Shown one piece after another: positions 14,186 through 28,720 of a stretch of 64,000 bases of DNA; the first letter of the stretch is position 1; every line of letters starts with the position of its first letter. The translations under genes and the position numbers were made by a program. This DNA comes from the human T2T-CHM13v2.0 reference genome, Homo sapiens: assembly GCF_009914755.1 (NCBI RefSeq), contig NC_060934.1; one strand, written 5' to 3'. The notes beneath the pieces were generated by a model, which saw only the letters and a list, made by a program, of their open reading frames with translations, ran no database searches and was not told the DNA's origin.

Positions 14186-16399
14186 CTCAATATCTTTTAC
14201 AATCTGTGCTTTGCCAAGTTGGCGTACACACTAACACAGAGAGGCAGTTTACACAGAAAGTTCATTACCTTGACTCTGCGCTGTGTTGTCAGGTTCCAAG
14301 TGTGAGTGAATGTTAAGATAGGAAGAAAAGAGCCAGCAGATAGATGGATGTGTGTCTGAAAGAAAGGGGAGGTCGGCTGGCAAATGGCCAGGAGCTGTGT
14401 GCTGGGGGGAGCCCATGGGAACTCGATATGGGTTAAGGCTGGTCCCCTCTGCGTCCACGGAATTTCCACCAAGTAGCTGGTGCCTTCTGCATTCAAGGTG
14501 TTTGTTGTTAAAGAGGAGAAAATCTTTCAGACATGTACAGGGTATTTTCTGAAGACACAGGTATTCAGTCAATGGTATTCTAATTCTGGAGATATAGGAA
14601 TACGCCAAAGAAAGAAACCCCAGATAATGACAGATCATGTTTTTGTTTTTTGTTTTTCTTTCCTCTGGCAGTCCCCCTTTTCTTTAGAAACAAAAAAAAA
14701 TGTTGGTGAAAAGAATAATGAAGTTGACATGTTGCAGGATACGTTTTGCCATCATCACCTCTGAAGAGCTCCTAACTCCAACTCATTCTCCAAGGAAATC
14801 TCGACATTTACACTCTGGTCAAATGGACTTTCTCCACTTGTTCATGATGAAACAAAAATGTATATCAACTTTTCACTTGGGAAATTAAAAGTGGAGTAAA
14901 GTGAAGTTCCAAGTTTCAAGTCACCCCATGAGTGGGAGCGAGAGGGTCAGGACTCCAAGCAGGGTTTCCCAGGAACGATTTCACCGTGTTCAACTTCAGC
15001 ATCTCTGCAAGAGAAAACACCGCCTTTAGTTTTTCTGGAGCTGAAGTTTTACACTTGGCATATTACTTTTTAGTTCCTTTAGGATAAAACCCGCACAGGT
15101 GACCTTGGTGACAAAGCCCCTCACAGCAGTCCCTCCTCTACCCTTGGAGGGGCTGCCGACCACGTGAGTGTTCTGTTTGGCTGTAGTGCCCTCATGCTTC
15201 TCTGCCCTTGCTGATGTGGTTCCCTCTCTCTGACATGCTCTTTTCCTTTGCCTTCCTGTGCAGGGCTCACCAGCCCAGACTGGAGCGCAGATTGATCCTG
15301 GGGAGCAGCCCGACCAGCGTGCCAGGGGCAGGGTCAGATGCCAGGGCAGGGCTGTGCCCGCATAGCCCTGTGTCTGGCTCTCTGGCAGGACATTGGTCGT
15401 GCTGTGTCATGATGTTTACGTACACTTCTGTCTTCTCACACTGGCCTGGGAGCCACCTGGTTTCAGGGACTGTGTTTTATCTATCTTCAGGGCCCTGCTG
15501 CCTAGCCTCATGCCTGGCACTCCTGGGTCCCTTCTCTGTGTTTTATGAAGCCTAGGTTTGTGGGTTTTATGTGAGGTGTCTGCACACAACGTGCCGCAAT
15601 GCCGTTCCAGGGTCCCTCATGTGCAGTGGACATGGCAAAAGGGCAGTGGGGACCATAACAGACTGTGCCTCCCTGTCCCTCCCCTGCCCACTCCACCCGC
15701 CCCAATCTGCAGCGCAGCTGGAGCATCCTTGTGCCGCGTTCTCTTGTGATGTCCTAACGGCTGTTGTATTAAGCAGAGCTTTCATGTGTTTATTTATTAT
15801 CAAAAACATCAGCTCTGCAGACACTTAGTCCACCAGCAGCATCATCCCTCACTCTACAAGGATAAAAAGAGAGAGGAAAAAGGATGCATGGGGAAAAAAA
15901 CCCATCAGGGGGTTCATCTCGCCCCACACCCTTACTGCAGGGTTCCACACCTGCCAGTCTTCCTCCCCCAGATTCGAGTTCGCTTCCCCTAAGGCTCCCT
16001 GGATTAAGCTTCACACATCCCGACGGGGCTTCATGAGACTGGGAATGAATCTGGAAACAGGCTTTTGCCGGCTTTTTACGATTTACGGCACTTTGCTCCC
16101 ACCTCCTCCTTCCTCCCCGTGTTTCTTTACCCCTCCACTGTTTTCAGCGTCCTCCCCCTGAGACAAATCATTCTGCCAGGTTCTCTGCCTGCCTAGTGAA
16201 CTAAACAGTAACGGCTTTGCGCCCCAAGCCCCACCTCTGATGAAATAGCAACTCAAACACTGTGGGTCCAGCAACTGTGGGACTTTAAACTGGGCTTAAG
16301 GAAGGTGGCCAGACATTTATGCCTACATACAGACAGGTGTGTGTATGCGCACATCTCCGCCTTTGGCCCACTGTTGGCTTCTTCCTGATTTTAACACAA

Positions 16400-17095
<696 letters not shown>

Positions 17096-17317
17096 GGAAA
17101 TAACTTTTTGAGGGAAGATCTTCTCTTTGTATTTGAAAATGTGTCAGTAATAGTCTTTACTAGTTGGAGTGGGGAAGAAAGCTTTTAATTTCACTTTTGA
17201 ATTGTTGATTACACTGGTTCCCTCCACTCCCTTGCCCCCATCTTTATTCTGTTTTTTGTTTGTTTATTTTTCTTCACTTTTTAGTAGGAGAGTCTTCTTT
17301 AAAAACAAATTCCCTAG

Positions 17318-17650
<333 letters not shown>

Positions 17651-17955
17651 TTATTAGCCACAACCTATTTGTAATGTCATTCCTGAGAATTTGCAAATAG
17701 CCCTGGAGGTTACACTAGGAAGTTTCTTGAGTTGACATCCTTGATCATAGTCTTTTATTAGCAGGATATAATAGAACTATAAGCTCAGACCACCTTAGCA
17801 TTTAACAATGATCTATCATAAAACTGCAATTTGGAGAGGTGGATGTGTATTACACACCCCTCGTTTAAAAAACATCAACAAAGCAAAACATGCTGCTCTT
17901 TTTAATTGTGACTCATCTCAGTTATGAAGAAATTAATTCTTAAGAAAGAATACGG

Positions 17956-18374
17956 TGTCTTAGTTCGTTTTCTATAACTTATAACAAAATAGCTGAAACT
18001 GGGTAGTTTATAAAGAACCTTTTCTTTATTTCTTACAGTTGTGGAGGCTGGGAAGTCCAAGGTGGAGGGGCTGCATCTAGTGAGAACCTTCTTGCTGTGG
18101 GGAACTCTTTCTGCAGAGTCCTGAGGCATTGTGGGGCATCACATGGCTGGGGGGCTGAGCGTGCTCATGTGCTAGCTTAGGTCTCCCTTCCTCTTAAAAA
18201 ACCACCAGCCCACTCCTGTGATGACCCATTAATCCACAAATGGGTTAATCTATTCATAAGGGCAGAACCCTTGTGATTCAGTCACCTCTAAAAGGCCCCA
18301 CCTCACAATACTGCCACATTAGGGATTGCATTTCAGTGTGAGTTTTGGAGGAAACAAATATTCATACCATAGCA
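17956..18374 (-). mobile_element. MaLR solo LTR (MST/MLT1A-like)
   Basis: TG...CA ends; ttcttacagttgtggaggctgggaagtccaagg and aaaggccccacctc motifs. Confidence 0.88.
18157..18216 (-). ncRNA. MIR4481: Annotated microRNA precursor mir-4481 (LTR-derived)
   Basis: The reverse complement of 18200-18216 is GGAGTGGGCTGGTGGTT, the recalled mature miR-4481. MIR4481 is recalled as intronic in CAMK1D. Confidence 0.78.
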
Positions 18375-19558
18375 CAGAGTTGTCCTTATTATGCACACTG
18401 ATAGAGGTGATCAGAAAATAAGAAATTATGTTTAAAAACACACATACAATGAACCACAAACACCCTAATTCATTCCCAACATATGAGTGCTTGAAAGATG
18501 TTTTCTTCCATTGGAATGTGCCTGGTTATCTGAAGCCTGAGTGTGACCTGAGCCAACCATGTGACAACGTTAATTACTGATGTGCAAAAATTAAAGAACA
18601 CTCAATTCTGCACCATCATCTCTGAATGTGGGCACTTTCCCAGAATGATGAGGAACATTATACAGTATGAGTTCAATCCCCCTAAGTCTGACAGTGAACT
18701 GAAATTAGATGGTTGTTCAAAACAGACTTCCCTCTCTGTTTTTCATCTTACTATTTTCATCTCATCTTTTTCTTTTACAATTGGCTTCCCACTTTCTAAA
18801 TAAATGTTGCCATACCCCAGTAGCTTTAGTGCAATGCCTAGGATCATTTTGGCCTGTGTTCCTGATGCTTCATTATCTCGTTTGAATGAAAGAGCAGCAC
18901 TGGGTCCTCCAATTTCAGTAGGTGCTATTCAGGGCACCTGTTGGCTTGACATGGTCATGGGTTTGAGTTGTGAAATATGGACCCTTCCATGTGGGTATCA
19001 GCACAGAGAAAGCACAGGACATTAGTGGTAGGAAAGAAAAAAGAAACAATACCTTTCCCCTAGATTCCAGTGCATTATTTTGTTTCCCTTCCACTTACTT
19101 ATCCTCATATAAATGCAAGTGTTCAGAGCTAGAAACCTCAAAGATGCTTCCTGAATTCAAGCCCAGCGTCTTCAATCTGGGGCACAGAGTATGTGAAGGA
19201 AGCTGCAGGATACACCCCAGCAGTTCTGTGTCATTAACAGTATTTCATACAGGAATAGCTTCTAAATTCACCTTGTAAGCATCCACAGTGAATCTGAAAC
19301 AAGCTTTCTGAGATTTCCCTTTCTAAGGTGATTTGGTGTATGTGGGTTCTCACATCAGTGAAGCTAGGAAATCCAAGCTACAAGAGTTAATCTCTGTTTC
19401 AAGGCGGGTAAACACCTTAATGTTTTCTGAGACTCCTGGTGCTAATTTTCATGTTTAAAATGCCCACAGAAATATATATTACCCTTTGACAAAAAGTTAC
19501 CAAAAGATTCAAAGAAGGAAATGACAGTATTCCTTTAAATGTGTTAGTGTTTCAAAGT

Positions 19559-19644
19559 CTTGCTAAGAAATAGTAGAAGAAATATTACTAATACTACTTG
19601 CTAAGAAATATTAGTTGCTAATACTATTATACTTGCTAAGAAAT
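19559..19644. repeat. Three-copy degenerate tandem repeat
   Basis: cttgctaagaaat at 19559, 19597 and 19632. Confidence 0.8.
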
Positions 19645-19889
19645 GTTATTTTTTTCATATTCTTATCCTGAGAGGAGTAATGGGTTGGCCATGTAGCCTT
19701 AAATCTTTATCCTTAGGACACCCTGGATCTTAACCTTTAAAAATCAGACTTATTATCAAATAAATGTATTCAGCCTAGATAAATTTAAAATGGGCACGGA
19801 AGCCACGAAGTTATCAGCTCTGAAGTATCTAAAGTTGAACCCTTTCCCATGACCTAAGATTCTCAGTAATTTAGTAATAAATGACTTAC

Positions 19890-20063
19890 CAGTGGTTCTC
19901 AAACTTGGCTGCACGTTTGAATCACTGGAGAAACTATAAAGAACTTGTTACGCCTAGGCCACGCCGCAGGCCAATCAAATAATAATCTCCAAAAATGTTC
20001 CAGTTATTAGTACATTTGGAACTCCTCAGATAATTCTAGCACGTATCTGAGCTTGAGACCCAT
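19890..20063. mobile_element. MER5A-like hAT MITE
   Basis: cagtggttctcaaacttggctgcacgtttgaatcac TIR and a matching ttgagacc end. Confidence 0.75.
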
Positions 20064-20447
20064 TGGATTAGGCCGTTCCTGCATTGCTATACAGAAATAC
20101 CTGAGCCTGGGTAATTTATAGGAAAAGAGGTTTAATTGGCTCACAGTTCTGCAGGCTGTACAGGAAGCATAGTGCTGGCATCTGCTCGGCTTTTAGGGAG
20201 ACCTCAGGAAACTTACACTCATGATGGAAGGCAAAGGGGGAGCAGGCATGTCACATGGTGAAAGCAGGATCGAGAGAGAGTGGGAGGGGGAGGTGCCACA
20301 CAAGAAGCCACTGTCGCAAAGACAGCACCAAGCCATGAGGGATCCACCCCCATGACTTGAACACTGCCCTCTAGACCCCATGTTCAAGCATTGAGGATTG
20401 AAATTCAAGATGAGATTTGGGCAAGAAAAACTATCCAAACTGTATCA
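20064..20447 (-). mobile_element. MaLR solo LTR (MSTA/MSTB-like)
   Basis: TG...CA ends, aaaagaggtttaattggctcacagttctgcaggctgtacaggaagcat motif, exact 5-bp TSD CCCAT (20059-20063, 20448-20452). Confidence 0.93.
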
Positions 20448-21306
20448 CCCATTCACTGGTAACTTCTCATGGATGGTAACAGAAATAGGAAAGAAATACA
20501 CAGTCAAATCTTAGAACCTTTTTTCATTCTGGTGTGTAGCTTTGGAATGTCTGGAGTCTGTAAGACTTTTGGAAGGTGAGAATTAATTGTTCATTCATTC
20601 ATTCATTCTTCCATAAACATTCCTTGAGTGTTGATATGTGCTGGATTTTTCACACTGGATTTTTCACACTGAACTGGACCTAACTTATTTCTCCTTTGGT
20701 CGAAAGACCGCCAGGCCTCAGCTGGACCTCTAGAGCCATTCTAGACAAGAGCAAATCACTTGGGCGTTTCTGTATTAGTCCAGGCATTGTGGATGCTGAT
20801 GTGGGAGAAGGAAAAGTGGGTCTTTTCTGTGTAAACAACTTCATGTCTCAAGAAAATTCTGTTCTGTGTCCAGCTGACAAACTTGTCTGTGCAGATAAAG
20901 AACCTATTGATGCACAAGTTGTCACCAGGCTTCTGTGTAGCAAAGACTATTCCAGAGAACACTGAATATGGACTTAGAGTCAAAGTTGATGGTTCTCATA
21001 GATACCTTAATGCACTTTGCCTCATTATAAGTTTAGATTCATTGATTGTTAGAGTTGGAAGAGACCTTGGGGACTTTCTGGTCTGGCTGGTTGATTTCTA
21101 GACAAGGAAACCGAGACCCAGGAAGGGGATGTGACCAGAATGTGGTCATAGTGTCAGAGACAGAACCAGCTCGTTGATGCCCCTCCTGTGGGACCATTAC
21201 AGGCTCTAGCACTGCATCCCTACACATATGAGTGCTAGCTATGCCCCCACAGTGGGTACCCTGCATTGTACTAAGGAGGCCTGGGGTGCTATTAAGAAAA
21301 TACCTT

Positions 21307-21590
<284 letters not shown>

Positions 21591-22163
21591 TCAAGGAAAA
21601 ACTCATTTCACAATCAGTATCAACATGTAGTACTTAATCTTTAAAAAACAACAACAAAACTAGCTTACAGACTTAAGAGCTTAGTTGATTTAGGTATCAT
21701 AGTCTTGGCTCCTTAGTTGCCCATTGAGTATAGCTCCATCTTCTGGCAGCAAAGAGAGGTGATTTGAAGCTTAGGATTTTGAATTCTGCTCATTTCTTGA
21801 AGTGGCCTATGGTCTACAACACAAGATCTCTAACTATACAGTAATATGTTACATGTGTGTGTGTATATACATTTTTTTTACATAAACACATATATATACA
21901 CGTGGATAGATAAATAACAAGATGACATATTTTGATGTTCATTTAACAAATGAGAAATCAAATCAGAAAGTATTTAACGACTTGTTCAAAGTCTTGCAGT
22001 TAGATGTATCAGAGCTAAGACGCAAGCTAATCTCTTGATTGCTTGTGCAATTCCACTAATCAGTATGCATTTCTTTTTGTGTGCACTTTTATGGATATAT
22101 TTTGGTAAACTTGGTGAACTTGGTTAATGATTTTCATCAAGAACTTTTTAAAAGCACCTTTCT

Positions 22164-22562
<399 letters not shown>

Positions 22563-22887
22563 TTAAGACATTTATTGTCTACACTAAATTAACTTTCTCC
22601 TTTGCAGCTAGAATGGTGCTGTCTTGGAGGACTGAGAAAGTAGTCACTTGAATCATTTTCTGTGTTCTGTGGTTCAGATGAAGAGCCCCAGTTGAGGAAA
22701 AACTGGAAAGTGAGAATCTTCTACTCTAGTACTTTCTGAAGTGTTTACTCACTGGTTTGATATGTATCCCTCTAGATGTTTTACTCTGCCTGTAAGATCA
22801 TTTAAATACACACACACACATTTACATACAAACAGATACCTGGATACAATGCAGTACAGACAGCAAGGTGATCCAAGAACTGGGGTG

Positions 22888-23178
22888 GGCCAGGTGCGGT
22901 GGCTCACACCTGTAATCCCAGCACCTTGGGAGGCTGAGGCGGGCGGATCAACTGAGGCCAGGAGTTCGAGACAGCCTGACCAATGTGGTGAAACCCTGTC
23001 TCTACTAAAAATACAAAAATTAGCTGGGCATGGTGGCACGTACCTGTAGTCCTAGCTACTCGGGAGGCTGAGAGGAGAATTGCTTGAGCCCAGGAGGTGG
23101 AGGTTGCAGTGAGCCGAGATCGTGCCACTGCACTCCAGCCTGGGTGACAGAATGAGACTCTGTCTCAAAAAAAACAAA
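22888..23178 (+). mobile_element. Alu (AluS-like)
   Basis: TSD aagaactggggtg. Confidence 0.94.
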
Positions 23179-23437
23179 GAACTGGGGTGACCCAGAGGAA
23201 AGGTGATTGGTGCTGCAAGCTGTGAGAAACAGCAAAGGGTTCTCAGTGGAGGTGATAGAGAAATGAGTCTTAAAGGATGAGTATTTTCGTAAGAAGACAG
23301 GAGAGTGATGAGCACACTCAGAGACGAAGGTGTGCATGGCTGGGGAGGGCGGGGTGTGCGAGACCTGCCGGGGTTCAGTAAAATGTTGGTGTGGGGCAGG
23401 GTGGAAGATGATGTGGGATGGGCAAGTAAAGACCAAG

Positions 23438-24216
23438 TGATAGGGGAGGGGGGCAGGGAAGTGCTTGGGAAAGGGAAAGTCATGGTCCATGCCTAGTGCT
23501 CCACCCCCAGGCCTATGTGCACAAAACTAGGTAAGGACAGGCATTTCTGTTTTTGTGCCCAAATGTTGCCTTCCCCAAGACCACCCTGGCCCACCATGTC
23601 CCCATCCTGTGCCTATAAAAACCCTGAGACCCTAGTGGGCACACACACAAATGGCTGGACATCAAGAGGAATGCACCGGCAGACCCACAGGCAGCAGAAG
23701 ACACCATCAGGCCATTGACCAGCAGAAGGACGTGGAGTTTGGCTGGGGCAGTTGGAGGAGAGCCCAGCCGCTGGGCAGCATGACTCCAGGGGAAACCACC
23801 TTCCCACTCCATTCCCCTTCTGGCCTCCCCTTCCACCTCACTGAGAGCTACCACTCCATAAGAAACTTTGCACTCATTCTCCAAGCCCACGTGTGATCCG
23901 ATTTTTCCGGTACACCAAGGCAAGAACCCCAGGATACAGAAAGCCCTCTGTCCTTGTGATAAGGCAGAGGGTCTAATAGAGCTGATTAACACAAGCTGCT
24001 TACAGATGGCAAAACTAAAAGAGCACCCTGTAACACATGCCCACTGGGGCTTCGGAAGCTGTAAGCATTCACCCCAGATGCTGCTGTGGGGTCGGAGGCC
24101 CACAGCCTGCCCGTCTGCATGCTCCCCTAGGATTATCAACAGCTGGCACTGAGAACGTGAGCCAGTCCCCCTGTCGCACACCCTGCAAGTGGGATAAGGG
24201 AACTTTTCCCATTTCA
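23438..24216 (+). mobile_element. ERV1 solo LTR (MER50-like)
   Basis: Starts tgataggggaggggggcagggaagtgc and ends gggaacttttcccatttca; exact 4-bp TSD CAAG; TATAAAA at 23614-23620; sits in a degenerate L2. Confidence 0.85.
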
Positions 24217-24899
24217 CAAGTAACAAGTGACTTGTAAGCCATGCCAGTTGTTTGAACTTTCTCCTGTACTACAGGGAGCCAGTGCTGGATTTCATGCTAA
24301 GAAGTTTTATCAGTTCTATATTTTGGAGAGATCACTCAGGAGACAGCACGGAAAATGGATAGGAAGAGAGTGAGACCAGAGGGAGTTGGGGAGAACAATT
24401 AAGTGATTATAAACTGTGAGTGATCATCTGTGAGATAGGAATAATAATGCCTACTTTATAAGGCTGTTGCAGAATGAAATAACACCTGCCAATGTGCCTG
24501 TTTATTAAAATGAAAGGTATTACTTTTAATACCATCTGGCCAATATTTCAGTGCTATCACTGTTCTTGTGACTGACAATATCCCAATTTTCTCAGCATTA
24601 TTTCCCACACTGATTATAATGTGAGAAAACAAGAATTTGACCCTAGTAAGGAGGAAATGATTTTTTTTTCAGTTTCGAAAAAACATAAGCGTTTACTTAG
24701 ATAAACGGGAGGGTTTGCCAAGACATCACAATATTCTTCAAGTACTTTTGAGGCAATTCCATGCCAGGGAACCACGCCTCTCTTTTTGTGTGAATAAAAT
24801 TTCAGCTTTCTGGGCTGCTTAGAGTGACAATGGTGGGTAGTGAAAGACCTGGTCCTCTATGGCCTTTGCTTGCGGAGAGAGGCCTTTCCCAGACTAGAC

Positions 24900-24960
24900 T
24901 GTAAACCCGGAAGTGCCTGAAAAGCGGACCGGAAGCTGATTGCGGCTCGTTGACGTAACT
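24900..24960. promoter_or_regulatory. Candidate intronic promoter/enhancer: two ETS (GABPA/ELK-type) sites plus a CRE/ATF site
   Basis: CCGGAAGTG 24907-24915, ACCGGAAG 24928-24935, TGACGTAA 24951-24958; six CpGs in 50 bp of non-Alu sequence. Confidence 0.6.
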
Positions 24961-26339
24961 TTCTCCTTGCACATTGCAGGGCAATCTGTGCCTCGCTATC
25001 CCCACCTCATCCTCTCTTATAATCAGTTTCACTCTTGTCTCTCCCTTCCGATTGTATTTTCTTACATCCCTTGTCTTCATCTGGCGTTCATAACCTAAGT
25101 AGGTCAATGCCCATTACTAGAGAATGGCAATAGCAAGGAAAGGCATTTTGTGGTCTTTTGCTTCCTCTGAATTACCTCATAATTGCTTCCAGGGATGCCC
25201 TGCAGATCAGTAAAATGATCGAATGGAAAAAGTGAGAAATGCTGAACTTTTTTTCTCCTCTCTTTTGTGCTTTGCTTTTTCTTTCTTTTTCTTAAATTTT
25301 CCTCATTTGCCATGGAGTTAAAAATTTGTGAATCCTTGAACTGGGGTACATGAGGCTGGAGGGGAAGATGTTACTCTCACTCCACAGAAGCACGTGTAGT
25401 CAGTAGCAGGCTGACCCTTTGGGTCCTGATGTTCCCTTACAAAGCTTGGGGGCTTTGTAACGGGGCCTGTTTGTACATTTGGTATCAGTTATTTTTTATG
25501 CATGAATTAATTTTAAAATGTTTTCTTGGCTTTTTCTGGAGTTTTCTTGCTTGGCTGTCAGTTACTATATGGACAGAAGTCTGCTTCAATGCCCATGTGC
25601 TTTTTTCCCATTCAAGTTGACTCTCTCTGCCTGGACCCACTTCCCTCTACCATTTCTGTGCATTATTGGAGATTATGGAGGCTTTCATGTAGGTTGCCAT
25701 ATAAACCATTTTCTCTCTGTATATAGATGTGTCAGCTCATGCTTACTTTGGGCCTGGTAAATGATAAGTGATGAAAATTAAGTTGAGTTTCTTTTTATCA
25801 CCTGAAGTTGTTTTCAGTGACATTATTATGGCTTTGAATTACGCACATTTCAGGACATTTTGCTGTTTGAGAGTCAACATCCCTTATGGATGAAGATCCT
25901 CTTGGCCATACTTTGGAAAGAGTGTTGACCTCTGGGATTTCGCTGTGCTAGTTGACAGAATCTCCATTTTCCATTTGCCTATAACTGACATCTCTGCCTC
26001 TTTTCTCTGTTCAGTTGATTCTCTTTTTTGATGACACTAGCAGATATGGGCTAAGGAGAACCTCTTTCTAATTACTCTGGACTTCTCCCTATTCCTTCTG
26101 CTTTTCAACATGTCTTTTTCTGATTCTGTCTGACCCACTGGAATTTCATCTGTTAGGATGTTTACAACCGAGTATCTTGAGCACATCCACTAGATTCAAG
26201 ATAATTCAACAAATCTCTGCACCCACAGAAGTGGATATTATATTGTTAATGATGGCATTAATACTTTGACTTTAGATGTTCTAATTTTATAGAAATAACT
26301 GAATTTATATGAGCTCTTGGATAGTCTCATAACTTAGTT

Positions 26340-26590
26340 AAGTTATAGCGTAATTGCTTTAACATGGGCTAGGGAGTGAGAATAGACATAGATTGAATCT
26401 CAGCAATGACAATTATGAGTTCTGTGATCTTGGAATACTTACCTAGCCTCATGGGATCTTAGTCTCCTTCCTTATTTTCTCCTCTTTTAAAAATTGAGAA
26501 AATAATACCTACTTCATAGGCTTGTTGTTAATGGTAAATGAAATAATTAAAAATACTTAGTGCAGTCTTAACACATAGTTAACAATAAAT
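26340..26590 (+). mobile_element. MIR
   Basis: tgtgatcttggaatacttacctagcctc...aataatacctacttcataggcttgttg...aaatgaaataat. Confidence 0.75.
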
Positions 26591-27389
26591 GGTACAATAA
26601 AACAGCAATGTAAGCAAGGCCTAACAAAAGTTATAAAATTAGCTCATCACTAGGTTTAGATCTGTGACATCCCAGGGGACTGAGGAAATTGCACTTATCA
26701 CAGAAGAGTCACAGCTGAAATGTTTGAGAAAACAATGTAAGAGAGGTTGTCAAAATTCCCAAACATATAAAGGGTAGAAGATGAGATCTATAGACTGGAA
26801 AGCTTGACTTCAATGCACAGCAAAATTCTGGAACAGAAAATTAAGCAGATGGTTTGTGATCATTTAGTAAAGACTGTAGTGGTTGCTAGGAGCTAACATG
26901 GGTTACTAAGAACAAATCTTCCCGAACATCCCATTTCCCTTTTAAATAGTATTATGTGGTGTGTAGAGCTGAAGAATTCTACTTCTGCAAAGCATCTAAT
27001 TGTCTCCTTATGGATGGGATGGTAAAACACAGGCTAGATGATAGTACTGCTAGGTTTGCAGCTAGAGAGCAATTGAAGCCAGCTGATTAACGTCATGGTT
27101 ATCTTGATGCGGGTCTCTGGTGGAATACCATGGAGCTCTGACATGTAACCTTCCATTTAAAATTTTAATTAGGAATTTGAATGAAGACACATGGGATGGA
27201 TATTTACCAAATACACAGATGGCCCAAAGTTGGGAGGGATAATAAGAGCAATAGATGAGTCAATCAACATTCAGAACACTGCTGATCATCTGAAACGCTG
27301 CATGGAATCCAGAATGATTGGATTTAATGAAGCTAAAGGTGAAGACATTAAGCTCTCACAATATCAACCCGAGTAAGAAAGGAGATTGT

Positions 27390-27750
<361 letters not shown>

Positions 27751-27954
27751 TCAGTAATTAACTATGTGCCATGCTCTTTGTTTGGCACTGGGGTGACAGT
27801 AGTGAAACAGTCAAAAATCCCTCCCTACCTGGAGTTTATATTTTCTGTGTGCCAGTGGTTATGCATTGGCTCAAAACTACGACAATGAACTTGTTAGCTT
27901 TTATTGGTAGAAGTATAATATCCAGTTCATGTTGGTTACTAGTTCTCCTTTCCT

Positions 27955-28306
<352 letters not shown>

Positions 28307-28624
28307 TGATACTGTATTTTACCCTGGGATCAGTATTTCCAGATCTGAATGCTAGAGTCTGGACAAATGAGTGATGATAGAGCAATGAGAAGAATATAAA
28401 CCGTATTGTAGGAAGACTGGTCAGCATTGAGAAGACTAAGCAGAGGCATTATATCCCTCAAATCTGTGCAGGATATATGGGAAGAAGGTGGAAGCTAGTT
28501 CTCTGTTGGTCCTAGGAGTCATTACTAATGACCAGGAGGCTGATTTCTGGTAAGTGTGAGACAGGCTGTCTGAGAAGCGTTCTAGCTCCAGCCAGTGCAT
28601 GAGTACCAGGAGGGCTGAGACTGC

Positions 28625-28720
28625 CTTTCTTGTGTCTCGTTCTCCACCAAATTCAGAGTACCTAGGACTGTGCCTGATACATGGCAGGCACCCAACAGAT
28701 ATTTATTGAATGAATAATGA
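28625..28720 (+). mobile_element. L2 3' end
   Basis: cctaggactgtgcctgatacatggcaggcacccaacagatatttattgaatgaat. Confidence 0.8.

Noticed and set aside
19559-19644. CRISPR-like repeat-spacer appearance
   Set aside because: Repeats are only 13 bp with three copies, the spacers resemble each other, the DNA is eukaryotic and there are no cas genes.
20641-20668. Short tandem duplications (14 bp here; also near 41981-42018 and 52592-52643)
   Set aside because: Ordinary slippage duplications with no further structure.
23513-24226. Longest ORF (237 aa, minus strand)
   Set aside because: It lies antisense within the solo LTR, has a non-ATG start and no recognisable domain.
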